From the NCBI RefSeq assembly GCF_002105155.1, contig NW_019029019.1, positions 248,001-312,000 on the forward strand: a DNA stretch of 64,000 nucleotides, given 5' to 3'. The notes beneath the pieces were generated by a model, which searched no databases, had not been told where the DNA came from, and saw only the letters and a program-made list of their open reading frames with translations. Below, piece after piece: positions 46,841-57,670 of this stretch. Every line of letters starts with the position of its first letter. Within the stretch, counting starts at the first letter, position 1. The stretch comes from Lobosporangium transversale. Taxonomy: Eukaryota. A program made the translations under genes and the position numbers.

Positions 46841-48578
46841 CTCGTCCTCTTACTCTCCACGCGGTAAGGCCCCAGTGTGGAATCGGTAAAGGGGGTTGGG
46901 TCGCCATTGCCTGTATCTTCGGGAACCAAATCGCCGATGGCCAAAATGGAGTAATTATGGTCGCTTCCAGGCCTTCCTGGTCTAGCTTCTGCAGGATCCT
47001 TGGAAGTAAGTTCCATGGAGGACAGATGTAAAGGTTGCCCAAGTGGCTCCACTTGTGTCTCAGCGCATCGAAGTCCACTGCCAAAGGATGAGGTTTCCAT
47101 GTCATGAACTGAGGAAGCTGGTTGTTGCTGGGCGATGCAAAGAGGTCTATCCGATGAGGCCCCCACTGCTGGTCTAGACGACGGAAAAATGACGGGTCCA
47201 GCCTCCATTCGAGCTGCGCTTGCATCCGGCGTGATGGTGCATCTGCTGGATTGAATACTGAAGGTACATATGTGGTCCTGAGTCTTGTGCCTGTTGCTAG
47301 ACAATGCTTCCATATTTTGTCCGCCAGGTCCATCAGAGGTTGTGAACGAGTTCCGCCGAACCGGTTGATGTAAGCGATGGTGGTTGTGTTGTCGATTACT
47401 AGGTTGAGCATCCTCCCTTGTGTTTGCGGTAGAGTGACTGCGTAGTACACGGTTAGTAACTCTTTTAAATTGATGTGTTGGTGGCGTATGTTTGGTGGCC
47501 ATAGCCCTGTCCAAGTGCGCTGCCCTATGACGATCCCCCAGCCTTGGTCGGAGGCGTCTGTGTACACGTCCATCTGAGTTGGCGACTGAATCCATGACGT
47601 CCCGTTCCACTCCTTGAGTTGGTGTGTCCACCAATCCAGATCGGCTCGAGCTCTGTCGTCCAGTGAGATCGTCGCTTCCCAAGATGACCCCTGATGGCTG
47701 AGCGCTCTGTTCTTCAATGCCAGAAGATGCCGCGTCATTAGACGAGCTGGAAATACTGCTGCTGTCGTCGCCATGGCTTTCCCTATGAACGTAGCCAAGT
47801 TGCGAACCGTCGTCCATCCCTTGCTGAGCATCTTCGCTGCTTCTCGCCGTATGTCCCTGACCTTGGACTTCGGTACCGAGAGGGTCATGTCGGTGGTGTT
47901 GATGGTGAAACCCAGATGATCTAGACATTTCGTTGGCATCAGAGAGGATTTCTCCTTGTTGATGAGGAATCCAAGAGACTTGAGTTTGTCCAGGACAAGA
48001 TTCGTGTGCTCTTCTGCTTGGGCTTTGGAGCTGGCCATGATCAACAGATCGTCGATGTAAGCTGTCAGCCGTATTCCTCGACGCCTCGCCCATCTCAACA
48101 CCGGGCGTAGGACCTTCGTGAAGACTAACGGCGACAGTGACATCCCGAAAGGTAGAGTGCGAAACTGATACAGCTGACCCTTCCACTGAAACTGAAGGTA
48201 AGGACGAAAATGTGGATGAATCAGCACATGAAGGAAAGCATCTTTGAGATCGATGCTCGTCAAATAATCGTTCTTCTGAAGGGTATTGCATACTACCTGA
48301 ATCGTCTCCATCTTGAACGAGTCTGTGATGATAAATTGATTGAGAGGACGTAGGTTGAGGACAGGCCGGAGGTCCCCTGTCTTCTTGGGGATAGTAAACA
48401 AACGACTCTGGAAACCAGGTCCCGAAGCGTGCTCTATGGCTTTTTTGGCCAGAAGTGCGATCACTTCGTTCTCTATCGCCAGTGTCTCCTCCTTGGATAG
48501 ATGCGGGGAAAGGGCTCTTGATGTGTGTGTTATTGGAGGTTGTCTGTGGAAGGGAATCTGAAAACCGTTTCCAATCAC
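46830..48578 (-). CDS. DIRS reverse transcriptase / RNase H / adenine-methyltransferase-like ORF
   Basis: RPVLNLR.LN, IDLKDAF, LPFGM..SP..FTK, YIDD; TDAS..GWG, IN.KEL, DN.T, NPADAPSR; IDLFAS, CPPW. Confidence 0.93.
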   Translation of the reverse strand: MIGNGFQIPFHRQPPITHTSRALSPHLSKEETLAIENEVIALLAKKAIEHASGPGFQSRLFTIPKKTGDLRPVLNLRPLNQFIITDSFKMETIQVVCNTLQKNDYLTSIDLKDAFLHVLIHPHFRPYLQFQWKGQLYQFRTLPFGMSLSPLVFTKVLRPVLRWARRRGIRLTAYIDDLLIMASSKAQAEEHTNLVLDKLKSLGFLINKEKSSLMPTKCLDHLGFTINTTDMTLSVPKSKVRDIRREAAKMLSKGWTTVRNLATFIGKAMATTAAVFPARLMTRHLLALKNRALSHQGSSWEATISLDDRARADLDWWTHQLKEWNGTSWIQSPTQMDVYTDASDQGWGIVIGQRTWTGLWPPNIRHQHINLKELLTVYYAVTLPQTQGRMLNLVIDNTTTIAYINRFGGTRSQPLMDLADKIWKHCLATGTRLRTTYVPSVFNPADAPSRRMQAQLEWRLDPSFFRRLDQQWGPHRIDLFASPSNNQLPQFMTWKPHPLAVDFDALRHKWSHLGNLYICPPWNLLPRILQKLDQEGLEATIITPFWPSAIWFPKIQAMATQPPLPIPHWGLTAWRVRGRGCS

Positions 48579-48643
48579 GGAGCGGACCCACCTGTCGTCC
48601 GTGAGGAGCCTCCAAGCCCTCGAGTAGAGGTGCAGACGGCCCC

Positions 48644-49573
48644 CTACTGGCTCTTGTTGGCGCTGCCGCGTCCCCGTCCACGGCTGCCTCTGTAAAAATA
48701 CTGTCCCTGCTGGTTGTTATGCATGGGCTCTCCATACCCGTAAGTGAGCTGAGGAGGTGTGGCTTGTTGTGCTTGATGATGATTCGCTGGTGAATAAGGT
48801 TGCGATTGTGATGGAAATTGCTGGAACTGTTGCTGCTGGTGGGGGTACATGTTAAAGTAAATACCCCTGCTGCGAGAACCGGAATTGCGACCGGATCCTC
48901 TGTTTTGCAAAGCTGTCTTGCGAGGCTTGCTGGCCTCCTGGTACTCCTCAGCAGCTTTAATTCGGGCTGCAATATCATCTTTAGTGATAGTTGCAGTCTT
49001 TTCATGATCAGGGGCTGGCTTGAGACCCTTTGCGTACACAAAATTATCCATGCGCAGATCGGTGATTTGGCGTGCTGTAACGGCCAGATGAGATCGCATG
49101 ACATGCCCAAAATCTGCGACGATCTGCCGTAATGCAGGATCGTGCACTTTGTGAAAGTATTCTGCCAGGAATTCGTCCAAGGGTCGCGTAGCGTGGGCCT
49201 GACGTTCCTGTAGTTGGGATAACCACTTGTCCACTCGTTGAAAAGAAGTGGTCTCCTGAGGCCAAGGCAACTCAAGAGAGGGCGCTTTGTACTGCTGATC
49301 TGGGTTCTTGGGATAGAGGACGTACTCGGTGAGGATGTTATCGTCGCCAGAGTTGTCCGGGGGACGGAAGAAATGAGAGCCGTCAAGGGAAGGTACAGCC
49401 GCTTTGAGGGTATCAGAGAGGACAAGTATCTTGGCCTGTGGGCGATCAATGGTGATGGGGGAAGGGGAAGAGGAGGAAGGGTTGGCCTGCGTAAGGGCAG
49501 CCACCTGCTGACGAAGAGTGTTGATTTCATGAAGGAGTGCATTATGAGTGTTGTCGGTAGAATTGTCGCTCAT
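48644..49573 (-). CDS. DIRS gag-like ORF1
   Basis: First ORF after the ITR (MSDNST...), coiled-coil start and Gln/RG-rich end; assignment is positional. Confidence 0.7.
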   Translation of the reverse strand: MSDNSTDNTHNALLHEINTLRQQVAALTQANPSSSSPSPITIDRPQAKILVLSDTLKAAVPSLDGSHFFRPPDNSGDDNILTEYVLYPKNPDQQYKAPSLELPWPQETTSFQRVDKWLSQLQERQAHATRPLDEFLAEYFHKVHDPALRQIVADFGHVMRSHLAVTARQITDLRMDNFVYAKGLKPAPDHEKTATITKDDIAARIKAAEEYQEASKPRKTALQNRGSGRNSGSRSRGIYFNMYPHQQQQFQQFPSQSQPYSPANHHQAQQATPPQLTYGYGEPMHNNQQGQYFYRGSRGRGRGSANKSQ

Positions 49574-50664
49574 TGGAACGAATAGATAATAGTCTGCAAC
49601 GGATGAGTTCCAGGAGCGACGAGAAGAAAGATGTAGATCAGAGTTGCAGGGCAGAGGGATCTTTTTATTTAGTTTATTTTTCTTTATTTCTCGTCGGATT
49701 TTCAATGAAGAAAGGTGACACACACATACGGACATGGTACCGTAGACAATGTTTGGTTGTTGATCAATGCTTTGTGTGACATGAACCACATGATAGACAA
49801 TGTTTATATTAATTCTTTGATGAATGGTCAATTGATGGGATTAACTATTGTAGAGGGGAGGAGAATGGGTGTGGGAACATCATATAAGACCGTCCCTCGT
49901 CCCAACAATTATTATCAGATCAATATCCTCAGTAATAAAAACCGGGCTCTTGCTGATTATCCCCCGAAAAAATGCATCAAAAAGTAGAAAGGGTGATTTG
50001 GTGTGGAAAAAAGGCTTACATGTATGTACACTGCTATGTTTGCTTGTTATGCAGGTGCTGTGCTCAGAAATGTGCATTTTTTACTTCGCCATTTTTTCTT
50101 TGGACCAATATAACTAAGGATTTTCCGCTGTTACTTCCATCATCTCGCTTGCTCAGCTCTTCTGGCCTGTTCTCTGTTCTTCATACTGAATCAAGACAAT
50201 CATCCTTACACTTGCATCAATTCGCATCCTTTTTCAATTGCTTCCTCCATTACTCATCGATCATCGTGACTGTTTTTTAAAAACACGCGTTTATTTTATT
50301 TGCGCCACTGAACCTGGAATTAGTTTGACATACGTTAAGGTAATGGTGATAGCAAATAGTCATTTGAGATGTGGGGCGGGTGTAGAGGCGTTGGCGGCTT
50401 GGGGGCCCATCATTCTTACATTCGATATTGCGCGCGATGTAAGCTGATCTCGGTTCTAAACACGTTTATGACCGGCGTGCTTAACCGGCGCACACTTTTT
50501 CTATGCCGACCTTGCTTAAAAGTGGTGCCCAGCTTTTATTTCGATTTATGTCACAGTATGAAAACACTCGATAATGTAATGTTATTAACCTTTTTTTTTT
50601 TTTTTTTTTTTAATGGATTAAAACCGAACAGAAAAAAAGAACCTCCGGGGTCTTGCACGTTTCG

Positions 50665-53600
50665 ATGGATTTACTATATGACACCCAAAAGTTGCGAATT
50701 TTACTTGAGAAGGACCAGAAGATCAACTTGGGAAAAGGCAAGGTGGACACCTTTAAGAGGGATGGATATCAGTCTGTTAGTCTGTACACCAAAAGGCTTA
50801 TAGAAATGTGTTCGTACGAATTTCAGATCGAAGCAGCAAAGGCACTGTTTGGGAAGCTTTCAGACGACTACAAGGAGTGCCGTCTCCAACGCTTAAAAAA
50901 TAAAACCTTTAGCGATTTCGCCGATGGCGAATTAAATGAAGACGATGGCGAACTAAATAGAGGCAGTAACGATATCGACGGATCTAGCGCAGAGAAATGG
51001 GTTCTATACGGAGAACCAGAGATGTACAGCTACAACGACATTGTCGTAGCTATAGCCACTAAGAGCTTTGGCGATGAGACAGTCTCTGTGCGATACATAG
51101 GCTGCTTGGGCCGCATTTCCAGGGTCCCGCAAACCAGCTTGCGTAAATACATTTTTACATTCAACGCTCAAATATCTCCTTCCAAGGAAATTGATGTACT
51201 GATGTGGACGGTTGGAAACCTTACGTCCTACAAGCGTGTTGTGGATAGCCTTTCCAACCAGGATGCAATGAAGTCGATACCAAAACTGTTTTTGAGAGCT
51301 CCTGCGACAGATATTAACCCCCTTACGGACGGTACTACAGATATTCAAGATGGTGTGCCTGAGCGGATGAACCTAGCGCAGAAAGTGGCGATATCAAGGG
51401 CAATCCAGAAAGATGGGGATGATGTGGTGCTGGTCCAGGGCCCTCCTGGATGCGGTAAATCGACGATGATCGTTGAAATGGTGCGCTTGCTTACATCTCA
51501 TGGCCGAGGTAACGCGGGAATGCAGGTTCTGGTGTGTGCACAGACGAACGTTGCTGTGGCAGACCTTGCGTATAAGTATGTTACCCATAATGAATTTAAA
51601 GGCAAGTTTGACTGCGTTATGGATATGAGACCACCCAAGATCGCCGATAGACACAAGAGAGACACTCTCGAGCCATTTACGGTTACCGCCCGATATCACC
51701 AAGTTGTCAATGCTGTGTTGCACGTCATCATACGCGACTTTGAGCACATCCCCACCACATGTCACGGGAGCACGACAAGGGAGAGAGTTATGAATATTGT
51801 GGCCAGCGATTTCAATGCGTGTGTAGAAAGTGGCTTACTCATGTTGCTGTCTGGGAGAGCCACTCTTCTTATGTCCATAAAGACTGCCGATTTGACCCGA
51901 ATGAAACGCCTGATTTTAGGAATGCGTAACGAATTAGAACCTTTTTTTAAACCTGACGACCTCAGTTTGTTACTCGAACAGTGCAGTGCAGGCCAGTATA
52001 CCGACACATCACGCCCCGAATCCTTTCCCATTTATGGATGGGTAAGACAAGCTCTCCTTAGCGCAGCAACTGTCATATTTTGCACAATTAATGTTGGGAT
52101 ATCGGTGACTTCTAAGAAATTCTTGGGCAATCTAGCGTATATTGTTGTCGACGAAGCAGCGCAGGCACTGGAGCCGGATGTGACTGCACTAATGTGTATT
52201 GATTCGTGCTTTCGACGTCTAATTTTGGTTGGAGATCCACAGCAGCTCCCAGGGTATTGTGCATCCAACCGAGGCAAGCAGCAGATGATGGACCGCAGCC
52301 TCATGGAGCGTCTTGAGGAATACCAGCTGTGCCATTTTACACTCCTTGATGTGCAGTATCGCATGCATCAAAGTATTTGTGATTTCGTGTCTCGAACCTT
52401 CTATAAGGACAGGCTGACTTCTCACGAGACAATCCACAGCAGAAGTCCCATTACAACACTATCACCGGTTATGCACGTTATGTTCCTAGGATCTCGGACG
52501 AGTCAGTCGACAATCACGACAACGAGTGTGGTGAATATCGAGGAGGCTAGGTACATTGTTGCCCATGTATTCAACGTACTGTTGCCATCCAGACAGAAGC
52601 AAACCCCTTCGGCTAAACCTGTTACTGAATCAACCCCTTATGCTACCGTGGCGAAAAACACAGAAAAAACAAAGACGCGACAGCCTATAGAGGCCGCCAC
52701 TATCTCCGTCGGGATTATATGTATCTACAAGGCACAGGCCAACGTTATACGCTATCTAGTCGACAAGTTCAAGAAACTTCATAATGTATCTGGTATTGAT
52801 ATACTTGTTAACACTATAGATTCCTTCCAGGGGCAGGAGCGCGATGTTATCTATGTGGCACTTACAAGAACTACACAAATCAACACTTTTATGGACAATG
52901 CTAATCGCGTTAATGTCGCAATTTCGAGAGCTCGACATCATATAATTGTAGTAGGAGATGAGAAGCTCTCGCTGACAAGCGAAAAAGACGCCTCATCATC
53001 CTACTGGCATAGCCTGTGTGTTGGTAGGAGCTCGATGGTTGTCGACCCAAACTACTTGAAGGACGTGCCTCAGTATGATGGGCCAGAACACGTTACTCAT
53101 ACCAAGGCTGAGGAAATACCAGTAACGCCGGCTGCAATTAAGAAGCTCATAGCTAAGGGGCTGGCTGCCACAACTCCCATTTGGGCTATCCACTACGAGA
53201 GGCTCATGGTGGACTCGAAAATTCCGCAAGGAATCCATATACTCGAATATGTCGTGCAAACACTGGCCAGTGGAGACTTTGACGCGGGGAAGGGCGGTAG
53301 CACAACTAGGCCTTTATTCCGCAAACAAAAGGGGACAGCCCTGTTCTTCGTTACTACGGTGTGTGGGACAGTGTATCTTGCATGGACTGTGAAAGTGTAC
53401 GGGCAGTGCCAGGCCATCGAACTCCTTGGCATCGGAGGCAAAACATTCGTCGAGAAGAGGGTCTGGCCGTTGCTCCGTCGCGACATCGAAGAGCAACCAG
53501 AATGGAAGCTCCCTGCGTCTATGAGTCTGTGGTCATCTGGAGCTAGCGTTGACCTCTCTAAGGATATGCCGGAGGATACGTCATTGCTCTATGTGCCCGC

Positions 53601-56262
53601 AGATATAGATGTTCCTGCCAACGATGCACTGGTGGATGTGTCAGAAAATGCACATCTTTTGATAGACCAGAGCCACATTAAAGCCATGTCATTTATGAGG
53701 TCCAGGCCCACTATGGTCCTTGGGGGCGGGGGTACTGGCAAGACGGAGTGCATGCTGGATATGATCGAGCAGCAGCTGGACACAGGTACAGGCTTTGACA
53801 ACATGCAGCTTTATGTGGGAGCAACAGATTCTTTAGCCAACTGGTCCTCAATGAGGCTACTAAAACGAGAGACCATAACGGAAGAGGGCTTTAGGATGGT
53901 ATCGTTCACCAGTCTTCCATCTCTACTCGCTAAGCTCTACATGTCGAATAACACCATACGCGGGAGGCTCTTTGTGGATCGTAACATCTTTAGGTCCGAA
54001 TACATGGATGTCATGCCGAAAATGGTCCGCAGTATTGGCGCCGATGAGCTCTACGATGCTATTCACGCGCACATGGATATAGAGGCAGAGGGCGGTGTTA
54101 GCTCTCTTAGGCCAGAGTACAAGAAAGCGCGTAAGGTCTACGAATCGGTTAAAGCATCGCGTGGCCACATCGATGCTTACGATCTTCACACACTCGTCAA
54201 GCAAGACCCGCAGCGATTAGTGGCTATGGCATCGAAGATCGCACGCATCTACTTAGATGAGGTCCAAGATATATCATGGACAATGTGGTCCGTAATCGAG
54301 ATAATGCTGTCTGCACGCACCTCGAGCGTGGTGTGTGCTGGTGATTTCACACAGCGACTTACACCAGGGATCTCGATCAATGGCATAAAGACGCTTATCT
54401 ATAAGCACCTCCCCAAGAGTATGGAGATTGTTAGATATAAGATCAATTATCGATCGGACCCCAGCATTATATCGCTCGCAAACCGTATCCAATCGTACAC
54501 CCACATGAGAGAACACGCAATGGAACCGTCTCCCTATACTCAGGAAACTAGCAACTCCGTGACACTGGTAGAGATACAGGACATCGAGCATGAAAATGTA
54601 GCCGATGTGTTGCGCTATATCGGAGTACCGTCCAACAACTATAGAGCTGCGATCGTCACCACGTCGTCATGGGCACACCGGCTTCGTGAGACTTTGGGTA
54701 AATCCCACAATGTCTTTAGTGCTTACGAGTGTAAGGGTCTCGAGTTCGACCTTGTTGTGTGTTGGGATCTTTTCAACCCAAGCATGGGTATAAAAGCGCC
54801 AATCCTAAAGCGTAGCATTGAGGCAGCCGCGTTGAATAAGGGCAATATTGACGAATACGAGAACTTCGAGATATACTTAAACCACCTCTACATAACCGTT
54901 ACAAGGGCACGCAAGCATCTTATAATGGTCGTTCCACCGTGCGAGAGATCCAGCATTATGATCAAGGCGCTCGGGATTGACGATATCGTTTATTACAGTG
55001 AGGTTCGGGAGCGTGGGCCTCTGCCTGAAATTACCATCCCAATAGACGAGCTCAGCGCGCCTGACGACCTAAGAATGGCGATCGTGATGAGAGAGAGAGG
55101 ATTGCTCCAGCAGGCCCTCAACGTCTTTGAGCAGAATGGCGACGCTGTACAAGCAGGGTTTACAAGAGCTCTAATCCACCGAAAGCAGCACAGGCTTCGT
55201 GGGGAGCATCGCGAGATCCAGCTTTGTATATCTGAGTGTTACGGCGTAATCGAGGCATTAAAACAGTCGACGGATAGCGTTCTCAAAATCGAGGATGTAA
55301 AGTTACTCCTTGCCCAGGCACTGGTCGTTGATAAGCAGTATGCTGAAGCTTGTTTGCTTTACGAAGACCTGGAGATGGAAGATGAACTGGTCGCGTGTCT
55401 AATCGAGGCAGTCGAATCAAAGTCTGGAGATGTAATGCGGATACGATACCTAATACCTGAAAAAGCTGTAGCTATCTGGGAGCATTTCAAGGACAACAAT
55501 AGATACGCAAGATTCGTTGTTGCATTGATGCTTGCGTTTGAACCTCCATCTGTAGACCTAGTTCAGTCGATGATCTCGCACATTCCATCCAAGGCAGGGC
55601 TTATTATGATGCATAACTCCCTGGTAGAGGTCGATGAAAGCGTATTCCCCACATGGGACGTATTCCGAAAGAGGAAATTGTCGCAGATGGGATCCGGGTC
55701 GGAAGAGTCGGAACTGACATTCTTAGAATGGAGCTTATTGCGACGTCTCGATGGTCAACACTCCAACGAAGACTTGGTTTACATTATTTCTACTGGTTGC
55801 TTGCCAAAATTCCAGTCGTCAATGGCTTGTCTGTTCGTTGGGCCTAGAAACAGCAAGACTACAGAACTCCTGTCGCTCCATATCCAATCGGGTGCTATGC
55901 TAAAGGCGTATCGCTCGCTGGAAATGCCTTTGAAGCATGTTGCAACGAAGATGCGAGAACTCTCGTGCCCTCTGACAGATTTTATGGCACTCCATTCCCA
56001 AATACCGAGTGAAGAAGAGTCAAGGGTGCACCTGCTTGCCGAGGCGTACAAGACGCATATGCTCAAGATGAGAGGTAGCGAGCATCAACTCACGCTCTTT
56101 AGATGGTGCGCTAAGATGAGTGGAGGTATGAACATTATCGAGATGATCTGCACCATGCTTAAGGAGGACAAACAGATGCTGCTCGGCATCTACAGTCCAG
56201 ATAACACTGTAAACGCAACACAGAGAGCGTTGCTTCGTGTATTAAGCGAGAGGTATTTATAG
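50665..56262 (+). CDS. Dual-helicase protein copy 4, ~1865 aa
   Basis: ATG homologous to other copies (MDLLYDTQK); all motifs intact. Confidence 0.93.
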   Translation: MDLLYDTQKLRILLEKDQKINLGKGKVDTFKRDGYQSVSLYTKRLIEMCSYEFQIEAAKALFGKLSDDYKECRLQRLKNKTFSDFADGELNEDDGELNRGSNDIDGSSAEKWVLYGEPEMYSYNDIVVAIATKSFGDETVSVRYIGCLGRISRVPQTSLRKYIFTFNAQISPSKEIDVLMWTVGNLTSYKRVVDSLSNQDAMKSIPKLFLRAPATDINPLTDGTTDIQDGVPERMNLAQKVAISRAIQKDGDDVVLVQGPPGCGKSTMIVEMVRLLTSHGRGNAGMQVLVCAQTNVAVADLAYKYVTHNEFKGKFDCVMDMRPPKIADRHKRDTLEPFTVTARYHQVVNAVLHVIIRDFEHIPTTCHGSTTRERVMNIVASDFNACVESGLLMLLSGRATLLMSIKTADLTRMKRLILGMRNELEPFFKPDDLSLLLEQCSAGQYTDTSRPESFPIYGWVRQALLSAATVIFCTINVGISVTSKKFLGNLAYIVVDEAAQALEPDVTALMCIDSCFRRLILVGDPQQLPGYCASNRGKQQMMDRSLMERLEEYQLCHFTLLDVQYRMHQSICDFVSRTFYKDRLTSHETIHSRSPITTLSPVMHVMFLGSRTSQSTITTTSVVNIEEARYIVAHVFNVLLPSRQKQTPSAKPVTESTPYATVAKNTEKTKTRQPIEAATISVGIICIYKAQANVIRYLVDKFKKLHNVSGIDILVNTIDSFQGQERDVIYVALTRTTQINTFMDNANRVNVAISRARHHIIVVGDEKLSLTSEKDASSSYWHSLCVGRSSMVVDPNYLKDVPQYDGPEHVTHTKAEEIPVTPAAIKKLIAKGLAATTPIWAIHYERLMVDSKIPQGIHILEYVVQTLASGDFDAGKGGSTTRPLFRKQKGTALFFVTTVCGTVYLAWTVKVYGQCQAIELLGIGGKTFVEKRVWPLLRRDIEEQPEWKLPASMSLWSSGASVDLSKDMPEDTSLLYVPADIDVPANDALVDVSENAHLLIDQSHIKAMSFMRSRPTMVLGGGGTGKTECMLDMIEQQLDTGTGFDNMQLYVGATDSLANWSSMRLLKRETITEEGFRMVSFTSLPSLLAKLYMSNNTIRGRLFVDRNIFRSEYMDVMPKMVRSIGADELYDAIHAHMDIEAEGGVSSLRPEYKKARKVYESVKASRGHIDAYDLHTLVKQDPQRLVAMASKIARIYLDEVQDISWTMWSVIEIMLSARTSSVVCAGDFTQRLTPGISINGIKTLIYKHLPKSMEIVRYKINYRSDPSIISLANRIQSYTHMREHAMEPSPYTQETSNSVTLVEIQDIEHENVADVLRYIGVPSNNYRAAIVTTSSWAHRLRETLGKSHNVFSAYECKGLEFDLVVCWDLFNPSMGIKAPILKRSIEAAALNKGNIDEYENFEIYLNHLYITVTRARKHLIMVVPPCERSSIMIKALGIDDIVYYSEVRERGPLPEITIPIDELSAPDDLRMAIVMRERGLLQQALNVFEQNGDAVQAGFTRALIHRKQHRLRGEHREIQLCISECYGVIEALKQSTDSVLKIEDVKLLLAQALVVDKQYAEACLLYEDLEMEDELVACLIEAVESKSGDVMRIRYLIPEKAVAIWEHFKDNNRYARFVVALMLAFEPPSVDLVQSMISHIPSKAGLIMMHNSLVEVDESVFPTWDVFRKRKLSQMGSGSEESELTFLEWSLLRRLDGQHSNEDLVYIISTGCLPKFQSSMACLFVGPRNSKTTELLSLHIQSGAMLKAYRSLEMPLKHVATKMRELSCPLTDFMALHSQIPSEEESRVHLLAEAYKTHMLKMRGSEHQLTLFRWCAKMSGGMNIIEMICTMLKEDKQMLLGIYSPDNTVNATQRALLRVLSERYL

Positions 56263-56417
56263 GTACGCTAGCTTAGGCCTATCCGATTGCAGACCCATCG
56301 AGCATTAAATATTATACGTAGGTGATCCAAACCCATTAAAATAAAATACTCCAATTTCTCTTCTCCCTAGATTGGTATGAAATGTGACCCTGTGTTAGTT
56401 TCAGGTTCTATTTTTCC

Positions 56418-56673
56418 ATTATCCATCGAGCCAGGACCATATATGTGTTATCTTCTTTTATTGCCTAATTTAGCGAACTTTTCAGAAAACTACCCTTAAA
56501 TAAAAGAAATAAACTATATAAATCTGCTCTGCTACCAAGTTGGATCTGCATCTTCTTGATAGTGAGCCAGGAAAAAATAGTAAAACTAAAGACAAAAGGG
56601 TGAGTATAGGGTGGGACATATATGGTCCTGGGATAATAAGCTTAAGTCGTCATGTTATTCGACTTGGCCAGCT
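56418..56673. mobile_element. Remnant terminus (ITR + ICR-like) of a second DIRS family
   Basis: 16-bp inverted repeat CCAGGACCATATATGT (56431 and 56616); interior resembles 45597-45696; absent at sister site TTTTTCC^AATATGCC (~38680). Confidence 0.6.
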
Positions 56674-56825
56674 AATATGCCGAACATATGCTATCTGCCT
56701 GAGATTTGTAGAGCCCTGTTACGTTGTCTAAGGTCATATGCGTGGGATTTTTTGTTGACCCGACACACCATTGCTATTTACTCGGTGTCTCGTGCGCAGT
56801 GGCAGCCAAAATAACGATATCAATC

Positions 56826-57110
56826 TCTTCTTCTCTCTTATATTTTCTCTCTTCTCTTCTTCTCTCTTCTCTCTTCTATTAAAATATTACAAAAAATTAC
56901 GTGACAGCCAAAAAAGGTGACTATAAAAAGGCGAAGTGACTGGCGGGATACGATGATACAAAAAAAAAAAAAAAAAAAAAAGAACGCGTAACATGAAGCT
57001 TCGATAATTAGCTTCCTCAATTTACTAAGCTTTCATTTTATCATTTCTTGAAATGGCTGCCATACGCTTTGCATCCTCCACAAGCTTTAAACGTTCCACA
57101 ACCTTACCTA
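56826..57110 (+). mobile_element. Truncated inverted relative of the 19965-22466 element
   Basis: AAAATATTACAAAAAATTA.GTGACAGCCAAAAAAGGTGACT and the CT-rich repeat are the reverse complement of ~21970-22260. Confidence 0.7.
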
Positions 57111-57212
57111 CAGTGGATTCCAATATTGTCCAAATGTTTTATTCTTTCAAAGGGAAACTATAAGTGTTCAACAGTGAGCAGCGCTTGTGCCCTTGGATTC
57201 TAAATGGGAACA

Positions 57213-57670
57213 GTCCCAAAAAATATTGACAGAGTTCAAAGCGTGTGGTTCGAGAACCTCAAATGAATCATCAAGACCTTCACGAAGAAATCATTAAGGG
57301 AGGCTCAAAAATTGATTTAAAAAATACCCTGGCCCCCATGAATTATAAGTTTACTTTGAGCAAATATAAAGGACCTATTCACGTCCCAGAAATTAGGAGG
57401 CGAACTCCATGCCAATCCAGCTGTCATCTATACGAAAAAGCTTATGAGAGGCGCGGAAGACTTTACTCCAACAGACGTGTTCAAATACAAAAGGATTGTC
57501 GTCCCAAAAGAGAAGGTATATCTCGGCGGCAGTTTCATTTTGGGTGGAGGTACATAACATACATGTACAGGTCCTTGAGATACTACGATAAGACTAAGGA
57601 ATCTTTATATACTCACAAATTTGGTTGCCGTTTCATGAAGCGCGAAGTATTAGAATATGACGACATTTTA
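57213..57670 (+). pseudogene. DUF4238 remnant
   Basis: NIDRVQSVWFENLK*, SKYKGPIHVPE, FTPTDVFKYKR; internal deletions. Confidence 0.75.

Larger units (their letters stand above)
45496..49750 (-). mobile_element. DIRS1-type tyrosine-recombinase retrotransposon, structurally complete
   Basis: Inverted terminal repeats (~45545-45665 and ~49620-49741); internal complementary region 45692-45783; gag, RT/RH/MT and YR ORFs. Empty site GCGGAACAATGTTTGG at ~2473-2488. Confidence 0.95.
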
